A stretch of 64,000 nucleotides of DNA, from NCBI GenBank assembly GCA_002269645.1, contig NIVC01003005.1:62134-126133 (forward strand), read 5' to 3'. The stretch's first letter is position 1, and each line of letters begins with the position of its first letter. The notes beneath the pieces were generated by a model. The model saw nothing but the letters and a program-made list of their open reading frames with translations, was not told the origin of the DNA and did not search any database. Of the stretch, positions 27,901 to 39,823 are shown in pieces. Position numbers and translations under genes: made by a program. The DNA comes from Macrostomum lignano. Lineage: Eukaryota.

Positions 27901-30900
27901 GTCAGTTAGTTAGTTAGTCAGTTAGTTAGTTAGTCAGTCAGTTAGTTAGTCAGTCAGTTAGTTAGTCAGTTAGTCAGTTAGTTAGTCAGTTAGTCAGTTA
28001 GTCAGTTAGTTAGTTAGTCAGTTAGTTAGTTAGTCAGTCAGTTAGTTAGTCAGTTAGTCAGTTAGTTAGTCAGTTAGTCAGTTAGTTAGTCAGTTAGTCA
28101 GTTAGTTAGTTAGTTAGTTAGTCAGTTAGTCAGTTAGTTAGTTAGTCAGTTAGTTAGTTAGTCAGTCAGTTAGTTAGTCAGTTAGTCAGTTAGTTAGTCA
28201 GTTAGTCAGTTAGTTAGTCAGTTAGTCAGTTAGTTAGTTAGTCAGTTAGTTAGTTAGTCAGTTAGTTAGTTAGTCAGTTAGTTAGTTAGTCAGTTAGTTA
28301 GTTAGTCAGTTAGTTAGTTAGTTAGTCAGTTAGTCAGTTAGTTAGTTAGTCAGTTAGTTAGTTAGTCAGTCAGTTAGTTAGTCAGTTAGTCAGTTAGTTA
28401 GTCAGTTAGTCAGTTAGTTAGTCAGTTAGTCAGTTAGTTAGTTAGTCAGTTAGTTAGTTAGTCAGTTAGTTAGTTAGTCAGTTAGTTAGTTAGTTAGTTT
28501 GTTTGTTTGTTAGTTAGTTAGTCAGTTAGTTAGTTAGTTAGTTAGTCAGTTAGTTTGTTAGTTAGTTAGTCAGTTAGTTAGTCAGTTAGTTAGTTAGTCA
28601 GTTAGTCAGTTAGTCAGTTAGTTTGTTAGTTAGTTAGTCAGTTAGTCAGTTAGTCAGTTAGTCAGTTAGTCAGTTAGTTACGCACCCGCACGGAGCGGCA
28701 GCCTCAGGGCAGAAGCTCGGCGCATTGTCATTCTCGTCCAGAACTTGGACCACGATGTCCAGCGGTCGCGAAGTCTTGGCCGGTTCTCCGCTGTCCTTGG
28801 CCGACACTCGCAGCTGGTAGCTGGCCTCCTGCTCCCTGTCCAGGGTTTCCTTTGTCAGCAGCAGTCCGTTGCGCTCCCCCAGGCTGAACAATCGGCTGTG
28901 CGGTGTGTCCTCGAGAACGTACGTCACCCCGTCTCCGTCAGCGTCCGTAGCGTTGAACTGGTGCACCGGAGCGCCTGGCGGCCGGTTCTCCACCACCCGC
29001 AGCGTCAGAATCGGCGTCGTCATTGTCGAACTCAAGCTGGTCGCCTCGGCGAACTCCGGCCGATTGTCATTGACGTTTCCGACTCGGATGGTCAGGCGGC
29101 GTTGAGTGACGAGCTCGGCTCGCCGCCGTCTGAGCAATTCAGCAGCAGCTCGTGCTGCTTAGCGGCCTCTCTGTCTAACGGCCTGGCGGTTCGGAGCTCG
29201 AACTCGCGCTGCTGGCCGCGGCTGAGTCCGCCGCCGCCCGTTCGCGAGACCAACTGGAAGGATCGAAGAGACTCGGCGCCGCCCAAAAGGCTGCAGTCTA
29301 GTCGGCTGGGGCCACCGTCCGCGTCAGTCGCCGTTATCCAAGCCACCAGCTCGGCACCAGCTCCGTTTTCCATCACCTCAAGGTTGCCGGCTCCAACGTC
29401 TTCGGTTGCTGGCGTGACATCGATGACTGGCTGCTCGTCGTTCCGGTCCAGGACGCTGACGGTGACAGTGGCGCTTCCGGTCTGCGGCCCGACTCCGCTG
29501 GAGTCCCGCCTGCCGTCTCTGTCCACGGCCTCGAGGATGATTACGTGCACCGGCTGGTGCTCGTAGTCCAGCCGGCGGCGCAGGAACACGCCGCCAGTGG
29601 TCGGGTCGACGCTGAAGAAGCCGCCGACGCCTCCGACGCCACCGGCGACGCTGCTCAACCGGTAGCGAATCTGAGCGTTCAGTCCCTCGTCCGGGTCGGT
29701 TGCGTTCATTCTGATGAATACGGTGTTCAGCGGAAGGTCTTCCTGCACGTGGACCGTCATCTGTTTAAATGGGTTTTGTTGGTGTTCTTGCGCAACGAAG
29801 AAATCAAAGCTGTACTACTTGTTTTCAACACTCTGATTGACCAGTGGGCGACATCCAAGCATTGAGAAAGCTTCCAACTTGTCCGCTACCTAAGGGCTAC
29901 CGAGTGAGTGACCATCCACTTTCTGGACTCTCCGCGGAGGGCGACCGCACTGCGGACACCGGCACCACCGGATCTCCCCTGCCCAGCACAACAGCGCACA
30001 ATATTTAGGCCAACTTGACCGAAGCTACTGAGTGTCTGCGTTAGTTCGTAATGTAGTAGGGGGGTTTAGTTCAAGCAGTTTTGCTAAGGCGTTTGCCATT
30101 CGTCGGGATGAATTATTTTAGTAGCATGAATTCGAGAATAAGCAGTTTTGCTTTTACGCTACTATTAGTAGTTCACCTTCGGGAAAATATCTGAAGCTAT
30201 GGGAATTCGAGTCTTAGCGGGTTTCTCTATTAGTAAAAGGCTGTTTGGCCTCGGGAAAAGCATCCTGTTCAGGACCGTCCATTGGACAACATTTGTAAGA
30301 GATCTAAGTCTCAAATAAGCCAGACTAAGGGAGTCTCCCCTTTATAAAATAAAAGAATATATATAAGAAAGTATAAAAGGTAAGATCGGGGTAAAATAGG
30401 GAGGCTAAGAGGAGTCTACCGCTTAGTCAAAACGGAGTCTACCGAGAATAGGAATTAGTACAGTCAGTTAGATAGAAGTAAGGGAAAGGAACCAGGAGTC
30501 TACCGGTTCTAATAACATAGTAATAATAGTGCTTAAATCTTTGCATATTTGGTTCAATAATATCATTTTCTTTTGTTTGTTTATTCCAATAATCTTCCAT
30601 GAAGTCGACTCTTGTCTCACTTATTTTAATCTAAAACTATTATTATAAGGGACATTAGTCTGGTGGCAGCAACCTACCAAATTAGAGTACATAATAACAG
30701 AAGTAATAATAGAAAACCAGAATAAACCAGTAGCCTAAACCGCAGGTACCACGCGTGTTCAGTAATTTGAAACAACGGCCCACCTGTTCCTTGGAAAATC
30801 GCGGCTTCTCATCGTTCCGATCGATCAGTCGGACGTCGATCTGCAACCGGCCGACCCGAGGCGGACTGCCGCCGTCCTTGGCCAGCAGTTCGAGCTTATG

Positions 30901-31692
30901 CCGAGCAACCTTCTCCCTGTCCAGCGGCCTCACCGCAATCAGCTTCGGCTGCAGTCTGCTGTCGCCCAGGCGAAAGTACGGAAGGTCGCCGTCCTGCTCT
31001 AGCGAGTACTCTTGCACATTGAACGGCTCAGCGTCCAAGTCGACAGCCATGGGCAATTTGAACTCTTCGCCATCTTTCGGATGCTCGTCGATGTTTAGAA
31101 TGAACTCCGCCTGGGGAAAGGTTGGCGCGTTGTCGTTCAAGTCGCGCACCCGGATGGCGACCTCCACCATCTGGCTGGCGTCCGGATTCACGGCGTCAAT
31201 GACGCGAACTCGCAATGTCAACTCGCAGGCGTCAGTCGGCGATCGCGAATGCGCCCAGCCGGAGCGTCGACTCCGTCCTCTTCGGCGTCTCCGTTGGAGT
31301 CGGCTTCTGCGCGGCTGCCGACAGCAGCGCCGCACCAGGGTGCACATCCGGTCCCGGTCGAGGCTCACGTTTGGCGCCGTGCTGACCAGCCCGCTGTCCC
31401 CGTCCACTCTGAAGTACCGCAGGCCCGGCTCGCTGCTCGCCTGGCCCAGGCTGACGAACCGGGCGCCGCCCGGGCCTCCGACGGGAAGCCCCGGCTGGCC
31501 GGACAGCCGGCCGATTTCACGTGGCCGAGCCGGCGGCTGCTCGCCTAAGTCTTCGTCTGTCTCAAAGGTGACTCGGATGGCGCCGCCGCTCGTTGTTGAC
31601 AGCCACAGCGTTGACAGAAGTAGCAGCGCCGAGCCAGCGATGAAGCTGTTTGAGAGGCTGTAGGTCATTGACTCTGTCGTTGGTAGAAGCAC
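19074..31692 (-). CDS. Protocadherin with 7 extracellular cadherin repeats (delta-1-like), TM helix and polyQ tail; exons 31692-30784, 29760-28686 (1-nt frameshift near 29115), 27711-27432, 22634-21951, 19748-19619, 19471-19074; about 1158 aa if one base is restored
   Basis: Signal peptide, repeated LDRE, DxNDNxP and DxD calcium motifs giving 7 repeats, TM segment SLILIVCLALLGALLAVVFLVGLLWL. All junctions are GT-AG with matching phases (CAG|gtgggc, acag|ATG, GG|gtgcgt, ttcag|A, AAG|gtgaga, gcag|GTG, AAG|gtgaga, gcag|AGA, T|gtgagt, ccag|CA). The last two cytoplasmic exons are less certain. Confidence 0.9.
20320..20745. repeat. 16-bp minisatellite GAGTCAGACAGGAAGA
   Basis: Direct reading; lies in protocadherin intron 4. 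Confidence 0.93.
21615..21890. repeat. Compound repeat CCTCAGACTCAAAATGA+(CA)n
   Basis: Fixed core with a variable-length CA tract in each unit. Confidence 0.92.
22690..23010. repeat. 20-bp minisatellite GATTCAAAATGGCACCCAGT
   Basis: Direct reading. Confidence 0.92.
23690..24522. repeat. 41-42-bp minisatellite AACTAAGCCTGAAGGATCTGAAGGATCAGGGAGAGGATGGT
   Basis: Period 41 measured at 23713/23754; variants change gradually along the array. Confidence 0.95.
25316..25992. repeat. 22/24-bp minisatellite CAGAGTCACTCATTTGGCGC(GCTA/CA)
   Basis: About 29 units. Confidence 0.95.
26455..27410. repeat. About 20-bp satellite GTGAGTTCATGAGATCATAG
   Basis: Direct reading; ends about 20 nt from the exon 3 donor of the protocadherin. 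Confidence 0.95.
27718..28680 (-). repeat. (CTAA/CTGA)n microsatellite filling protocadherin intron 2
   Basis: The plus strand reads (GTTA/GTCA)n for about 960 bp. Confidence 0.97.
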
Positions 31693-32657
31693 TGTTGGTG
31701 CAATCTGTTGCCAATAGCTAGTCTTATAATTTGATTCGAATTCAGCACGGACTGGGTCTCACTGAGCTCCAACAACTGAACAAATTTATCGGCAATATCA
31801 TTTGCCTCCTGTTGCTCGACAAGCAATCCTTTCTTATAGATCCCTTCTCAACCCCCCTTGTGCTCACAAACCTTCTCAGCGAGTCTCCGCCAACCGGAGC
31901 AGTCGGGCTGGTTCCATTGGCTCTGGCCGGCACACACCGACACCGGTACACCTGCGCAGGTCACGTCTCAAAGGCATAAATTTCTGTAGCCAATTCGCGG
32001 GCAAGCAGGGCATTTCTTCTACTTTCTACTATTAAAAAAACACTTCCCTGCGTGTAGCAAGCAGTTGCAGGTCCGGTTATTCAACTGAGGCCAAAATTGC
32101 TTTCCTTTTTTCCATTTCGGTATTAATAGCAAAGAAAATTAACTATTCCAAATATAGTAAAACTCTCAGCATTCCTCCTTTTCCCTCCCGCAAATGCTAT
32201 CCAAACCAAATCGAGAAGCGAATTAGCGAAAATAAAGCTGAGTCACTTGGCCGGAACAGAGTCAATCAAAACCGAGTTTTTATTCGCTAAACTCCAGCTC
32301 GGTTTGATCTCAAATCAGGACAGAGTCGCTTGAGAAATGAAAGACAATAGTTAGCAGTTTCACCCGGGAAAGAGGCTGGATGGGGAGGTGGGGCTGCGGA
32401 CTCGCTCAGCAGGACTTCCGGCTGCGATTCGTCCGGCGCGTTGTTTAATTTGAGTTTTCCCGGGACACGAGAGGCAAACTCAAATAAGGGCTGCTCACGC
32501 GTGAGGGCGTGGAGACGGCTGGCTATGGTGTACTGTTTCAGTGCGCGTTTGCGATTTCGCAACTTTGAAGCCTCACCAGTTCATGAGATTTCACAACCTC
32601 AAATAATTGATTACACCTGCCCTAATGAGCAGATTTGCAACCGACAGCTCAACCGCA

Positions 32658-32844
32658 GCTGCGTACGGCTGTTCAGTCCAAGGACTGGCGGGTCTCCACA
32701 CACAGCCTCAATTACCCCAGCTAATGCTCAAGCTAGGTGTCTTGCTCAAGGACACAAACTGTTCCCAGTGGGTCAAGAATCGAACCAGCGACCTTTCAGT
32801 CGTGACTCCGACGCTCTAGCCACTCGGCTACACTAGGCCGGTCC
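32658..32844 (-). mobile_element. tRNA-derived SINE copy with internal deletion
   Basis: The minus strand has an A box TAGCCGAGTGG and a B box GGTTCGATTC, then GTGTCCTTGAGCAAGACAC. Tail shared with the copy at 51527. Confidence 0.8.
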
Positions 32845-33394
32845 AGAGTGGCTGGGTTGCCAACAAAAACAGCAACAACAACCTCAAAGCTTCACCAACT
32901 CATGAGATTTCACAAACTGAAAGCTTCATCACCTTTGACTCTGAAAATTTCTCAGAATAGGAGTATACTGTATAAGTAAGATTTTGTAAAAATTGTATCT
33001 TCCAGATCCATGAAAACAGTAAATAAAAAATTGCTTAGTCCTACTTATGAGTAGTAAACCATGCAAATTAAATATTTCACTCCAAGATAACCCCAAACCA
33101 GTTTTTAAGCATCCAGAAAATCGATACCGGTATATTACTCCATTCTTAATTTAAAACGATCAAATCAGGAATATAAATGACTGCTAGGAGAAACAACAAA
33201 TTAACATTAGTAGTGTACTGGATATTTTGTATAAAGAAGCACACTGCAGTTTGATATCAAACTTTCTAAAAGTGTAAATTGAAAAATATTGAAGCTAGCT
33301 AAATATTTATATCACGTTCAATAACTTATGTTTCAGTACGTTGTTCGATATATAATTGTGGGGGTTGTCGATTGAAAGGTCGAAGATAGAACAG

Positions 33395-33722
33395 AGCGTA
33401 TAAGAAAGCAGAAGACAGAAAGCAGGCCAGAAAGCAGAAGACGGAAAAGAAGAAGACAAAAGCAGAAGACACAATAGGAGAAGCCAGAAAGCAGGAAAGA
33501 AAGCAGATAACAGAAGAGCAGAATACAAAAGCATAAGACAGAAAAGCAGAAGACAAAAAGCAGAAGACAGAAAAGCAGAAGACAAAGCAGGCCAGAAAGC
33601 AGAAGACAGAAAAGCAGAAGACAAAGCAGGCCAGAAAGCAGAAGACAGAAAAGCAGAAGACAAAGCAGGCCAGAAAGCAGAAGACAGAAAAGCAGAAGAT
33701 AGAAAGCAGAAGACTCGAGACA
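33395..33722. repeat. Purine-rich AGCAGAAGACAGAAA repeat
   Basis: Direct reading; 3' of the claudin-like stop. Confidence 0.88.
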
Positions 33723-33800
33723 GAAAAAAATAATTCAACCGTCAGATATCAAATAATTCAAATTAAGATCCTCAGAAATTTTCCGTGTCTCCTTCCAGCC

Positions 33801-35454
33801 TCAGAAGCCTTCGTAGCTGTTTGTAACGGGAATTCGAGGCAGTCGGCCGCCGCCGCCGACGCCACCGCCGCCGCTCCAGTTGTTGCCGGCATCGAACCGG
33901 GCATCGGGTTGTTCAACCGGGTACCTCTGCATCTGGTAAGCCTGCTCGCCATTGCCAGCTTTAGCGGCGCTTCCCGTCGGCGTGTAAGGCGATCCGAACT
34001 CGTCGAACTTGTCGGATGGCTCGCCTCGCTGCTGCCGCTGCCGCTGGTTGGGCAGCGCCAGACCAACCAGGCTGGTTCCGGCTGCGGCCAGACAGGCGCT
34101 AAAGGCCGCCAGGGCGATGTAATAAGACGCTCCAGGTGTCACTTTCGTAGCCAGCTGCAAATTGCTCGGCAAAGCGTTGTAGATCGACAGGCCGGCCGAA
34201 GCTACAGCCGTCGTGCCTGAGATTGGCGGCAGCAGCTCGCGCATCAGGGTGTTGTTGAAGGCGATGTGGGCCCCGAACTGCAGTCCAGCAGCCAGCAGAC
34301 TCAGACCAGTTGGCGCTACCAGACCGGACATTTCGCTGGTGCTGGCCAGGATGTACAAGCAGACTAGCAGAGAGACGCAGAGCACAGCTCCGGAGGCCAG
34401 GTGCAAACCAATGTGCAGCCTGCGGTTTTTGTTCAGGTAAAGCCAGGGTTTTCTTAGAAAGGTGGCGATTGAATTTTCGTTTGAATCTAGCTTTCTATTT
34501 ACCAACACACCTAAGTTCTTCATCAACACCCAACAAGACTCCAACAACAACTGCACAACCCAAGTTCATCCTCAACGACAGCCAACCTCTCTCCAACAAC
34601 TGCACAACCCAAGTTCATCCTCAACGACAGCCAACCTCTCTCCAACAACTGCACAACCCAAGTTCATCCTCAACGACATCCAACCTCTCTCCAACAACTG
34701 CACAACCCAAGTTCATCCTCAACGACATCCAACCTCTCTCCAACAACTGCACAACCCAAGTTCACCCTCAACGACATCCAACCTCTCTCCAACAACTGCA
34801 CAACCCAAGTTCATCCTCAACGACAGCCAACCTCTCTCCAACAACTGCACAACCCAAGTTCATCCTCAACGACAGCCAACCTCTCTCCAACAACTGCACA
34901 ACCCAAGTTCATCCTCAACGACATCCAACCTCTCTCCAACAACTGCACAACCCAAGTTCATCCTCAACGACATCCAACCTCTCTCCAACAACTGCACAAC
35001 CCAAGTTCACCCTCAACGACATCCAACCTCTCTCCAACAACTGCACAACCCAAGTTCATCCTCAACCACAACCAACCTCTCTAACAACTATAAGAAAAAG
35101 GACTCACTTTCTGAGCACCAGAATGGTGTCAGCACCAGTCCCCAGATAGCTGGCGTCGGTGTTATTCAAATTGCCGCCGAGGTCAACGTCGAAGCAGCTG
35201 CCGAACTTCACCTGACTCGAGTAGGCGGACGCCGACAGCGGAGGGGCGCTGGTGTTGGACAGGCAGGTGAGAAAAGCTCCGCGACTGCGGGTGAAATAAT
35301 CCAAGCCTGTCCTATTCGACAAAGTGCTCCGATCAACTTCGAACTGTAGCCAGTTGGGCAGCGACAGAGACACCACGTTCAGTGTGATTGCGGCTAGCAA
35401 GGTTAAAATGGATAGAAAACCAATAAATCTTCGCATAACGCCGTCGTCCTGCAT
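33801..35454 (-). CDS. Claudin/PMP22/EMP-superfamily four-TM protein; exon 35454-35108 spliced to an exon starting at 34494 or 34452 and ending at 33801
   Basis: TM1 followed by PNW...RGAFLTC...SC (the claudin-family W-GLW-C-C pattern), three further hydrophobic helices and a cytoplasmic tail. Donor AA|gtgagt at 35108/35107. Two in-phase acceptors are possible (aatag at 34495, ctaag at 34453). Confidence 0.82.
34540..35085. repeat. 49-bp minisatellite (about 11 copies) in the claudin-like intron
   Basis: Unit AACTGCACAACCCAAGTTCATCCTCAACGACAGCCAACCTCTCTCCAAC. Confidence 0.95.
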
Positions 35455-36073
35455 TCTGGCTAAGAAGATGAGATAGATAGTAGGGTTCAGGTATACTGTG
35501 AATGGGCGTTAGTTAGAATGTCTTCGCTTGGTCGTCGGCCCTGTAGGCTCACGTATTTTTATAGACAGTGCAAGACTTAACCCGCGGTCTCTCATTCTTT
35601 GTGCCGCTCTCTCAGCCTCACCCGCCTGCCTTCGCCACTAGGCGGGTCAACAGACCTCCCCGACTCCACCAGAGCTTTCTATTGTCTCTTTTTCTAATTA
35701 ATGGGCGTCTTCGCCAATTCGCTTGGAGAGAAATTGCATTCACTGCGGCTCTGGGTCGGTGCTGGGACCCTGCCGCCCTGCTGAAATATTCAAACTCTCT
35801 ACTTGGATTGTCTGTGCGTGATGCATTGTGAACAGCGAAGCGAATGCCTTACCCCTGTCCCACCCTCTGTCTCTCTCTTCTTGTCTTTTACTTATCTTGG
35901 CTGTCCGAATGCACTCACTCACTGTATCTTCAACTGCGAGGTCAACAAAATAATCTGAATGCCTCACTACTGCGGAGTGCTGAATGATAGGCGAAACAAT
36001 TTACGTCGGGCTAACAATTAGCAAGCAGTGCTACTGGAAGTAACCGAATAGAGTGTTGGTAAAGTTTTTAAAA

Positions 36074-36255
<182 letters not shown>

Positions 36256-36774
36256 ATCTGTCCTATTCTATCGAGTCAGACCGCATTCTAAGAAAGAAGG
36301 CAGTCTCAGAGAAAGTTTTTTCCTATGCAGAAAAAGATATCTCTTTCAGATTTTATCTAGAAATATCCCCCCAGAATTTCTCCCTCGGGGACTTCGAGCC
36401 AAGATTGATAGCCAATATCCAGTTCTCAGGATTCATCTGCACCAGTTGGGCGTTGGGAACTGCAAAATTGGGAAAATTAGTCAAAATCTTTTCCCAATAC
36501 TTTCTTCCCATCATACTAGGGATTTAAGCCGCGGGCTTGCAACCTCAAAGCGACGCGAATGTCGGCTTGAATTTCTAAAATCCATGAAAAATTATTTCTG
36601 ATGCTGAATGGGATAAGGAGGTATTCGAACAAACCAGTTTTATTTCAGGGTTTTTTTCTTTAGCCAATGAGGCTTAAAAATCTTATATTTTTATCATGAC
36701 ACTATTAACTGTCATGTTCACTAAATTGCTTGATCAATTTTTTAAAGTTTTTTATTGTAATTCCTCAGCCACCA

Positions 36775-37355
36775 AATTTCAAGGTCATTAGCGATCAAAG
36801 TCACTTGAACGCGTGCCCCAATAAAATTCAAGGTCAGTAGCAGTCAAAGTCACTTAGAACGCGTGCCCCAATAAAATTCAAGGTCAGTAGCTGTCAAGGT
36901 CACTTGAACGCGTGCCCCAATAAAATTCAAGGTCAGTAGCTGTCAAGGTCACTTGAACGCGTGCCCCAATAAAATTCAAGGTCAGTAGCTGTCAAGGTCA
37001 CTTGAACGCGTGCCCCAATAAAAATCAAGGTCAGTAGCAGTCAAAGTCACTTAGAACGCGTGCCCCAATAAAATTCAAGGTCAGTAGCTGTCAAGGTCAC
37101 TTGAACGCGTGCCCCAATAAAATTCAAGGTCAGTAGCAGTCAAAGTCACTGAAACGCGTGACCCCTTTTAACTTCAAGGTCGTCAGTTAACTGTCAAAGT
37201 CACTTAATTTTCGTGCCCCAAAAAACTTCAAGGTCAGTAGCAGTCAAGGTCCCTTGAACGCGTACCACAATAAACTTCAAGGTCAGTAGCAGTCAAGGTC
37301 CCTTGCACGCGTGCCACAATAAACTTCAAGGTCAGTAGCAGTCAAGGTCACTTAA
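36775..37355. repeat. 49-bp minisatellite CAAGGTCAGTAGCTGTCAAGGTCACTTGAACGCGTGCCCCAATAAAATT
   Basis: About 11 units. Confidence 0.93.
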
Positions 37356-37442
37356 ACCACTGAAGCGCGTGACCACTGAATCATTGGGTCATCAGCAGTC
37401 AATTTCGCTCGCTAGAAAATCAATTAAAAGTGACTTAATGGA

Positions 37443-37756
37443 TCATTGGAATACAGTTTTCTGTTCAATTTCCTCATCTAATTTTTTTTCATCAGTTTTG
37501 AGCAAGCTTAAATGTACTTTTATCGGTATCTGCTCATTTCTAGAGACACGCCGAGTTCCATCTGAATGGCTTTGGTATTCCCCAGCTGGAATTGGTGTGC
37601 CGCAAGCCAGCTCGCGAGTGTAAACAGGAACTTCAGCCAATGTAAGATGCCAATCTCTCTCAGTCTGCGCGGAATCTGCAGCGGTCGAAATTAGGACCGG
37701 GACTGGGGGGGGGGGGCTGCTGGGCTGAGAAGTATTTATTCCCACGGGGATCGCCG
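37443..37756 (-). CDS. Orphan, probably terminal, coding exon of an unidentified gene
   Basis: Non-repetitive open frame AIPVGINTSQPSSPPPPVP...KTDEKKLDEEIEQKTVFQ* preceded by an acceptor-like ttactaattcccag. No family recognised and upstream exons not resolved. Confidence 0.4.
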
Positions 37757-38066
37757 CTGGGAATTAGTAAAACTGTATGCTGAGGGGCGTGAAGTGCTTG
37801 ATTGCATTCTGTTTGCTGGGCTGCTATCAGTTGCAATTGCCATATATGCCGATTGCACCCGCCTCGCGATTGGCCTCAGACTGACGCTTGAGCAGAGAGT
37901 CAGCTCGGCTCTGAGTTCGCGTCAAAGGGGAACAAACTCTCTAGCTTAGGGAATCCAGTGAGTCAGGGGGGGGGAACAACACAGATCTTGCTGGCTTCTA
38001 TAGATGCAAAGAGAGATCAGGTAGAGATCAGAGTGAGATTAGAGAGATCAGAGAGAGATCATGCAG

Positions 38067-38160
38067 AGGTCATACAGAGGTCATACAGAGGTCATACAGA
38101 GGTCATACAGAGGTCATACAGAGGTCATACAGAGGTCATACAGAGATCATACAGAGGTCA
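38067..38160 (+). repeat. 11-bp repeat AGGTCATACAG
   Basis: Seven consecutive perfect units starting at 38067. Confidence 0.92.
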
Positions 38161-38561
38161 TAACAGAGACCATAAAGAGATTATACAGACGTCACAGAGG
38201 AGACAGAGACCATAGTCTCTAGGTTGCTAAATTGCAGTTCCTGACAGACAAGCAGATCAGCCTCTGCACCAAGCGAAGAGTTTCAGTTTTGTTGCAAAGC
38301 ACAAGAATGCAGGATTGCTTTAGAATTTTTGCGAGCATAAAATGTTTAACGACAAAAAATGAATGACAACTGAAGATGGGGAACAGAGTCAACACAGGCC
38401 TGAAAGGATGCAGTCAGGTCGTTGCGAATGAGTAAGCAGCTGAGAATTTGAGGTTCTAAAAGAGATAATTGCAGTGAGGAAGATCCTAAGCTTCACGAGG
38501 CCGTACAGCTTTAATTGACAAGAGGAGAAAACTGCAGTCTACATGCGTGCAAGTTTGTTTG

Positions 38562-39185
<624 letters not shown>

Positions 39186-39823
39186 GAGACGACACACGCT
39201 TATCTCTCCAGGATCCTGCTGTGGAATAGAATCGAAAAAGTTCTCTATTCTATGAAATTCAGCCCCCAGCCGTAGGGCCGCTCACTGCTCACCCTAATCC
39301 TTGCTAAAGAAAAGCTTTCTCTCTTCATTTGTGCACGCGCAACGCTGCATGCTGCAGCTCAGAAGAGATTCTGAGTCGAGAGAGGCGCAGTCAGTCAGTG
39401 GGATAAATTGGGCAAACTCCCAAGCAGACACTTGGTCAAGAACGGAGCAGAGATAGAGAGATAGAGATGGAGGCGGAGACTGCGACACAGCCTGCAAAAT
39501 GAGATCAGCCGTCCAGTGCGTTACATTTGGGATAAAGCAGGGACCAAGGAGAAGAGGATTTTGCCTTCTTCGGCTCTCGACTCGGCCAGGGGACTCGATG
39601 GATTGCCGGGGGATCGGCATGACGAGCGAGCACTGCAAATTACATACATGAGGGACGCACCGGCACTTCAAAGGGGAGTGGATGGGCCAAGGGAAAATGA
39701 AGCAGTCACAGTGTAGGGGAGCCTTTGCCTGAGACATTACTAATAACAGGACAATCAAATGATAGGCTTTGCCGTGAGGTCTGGACGAAGTTCCCGAGGA
39801 GGAAGATTAGAGAGATGGGAATA

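Noticed and set aside
32770-32844. tRNA gene (also at 51690-51760)
   Set aside because: A and B boxes are present but no complete acceptor stem is evident, and each continues into a shared SINE body.
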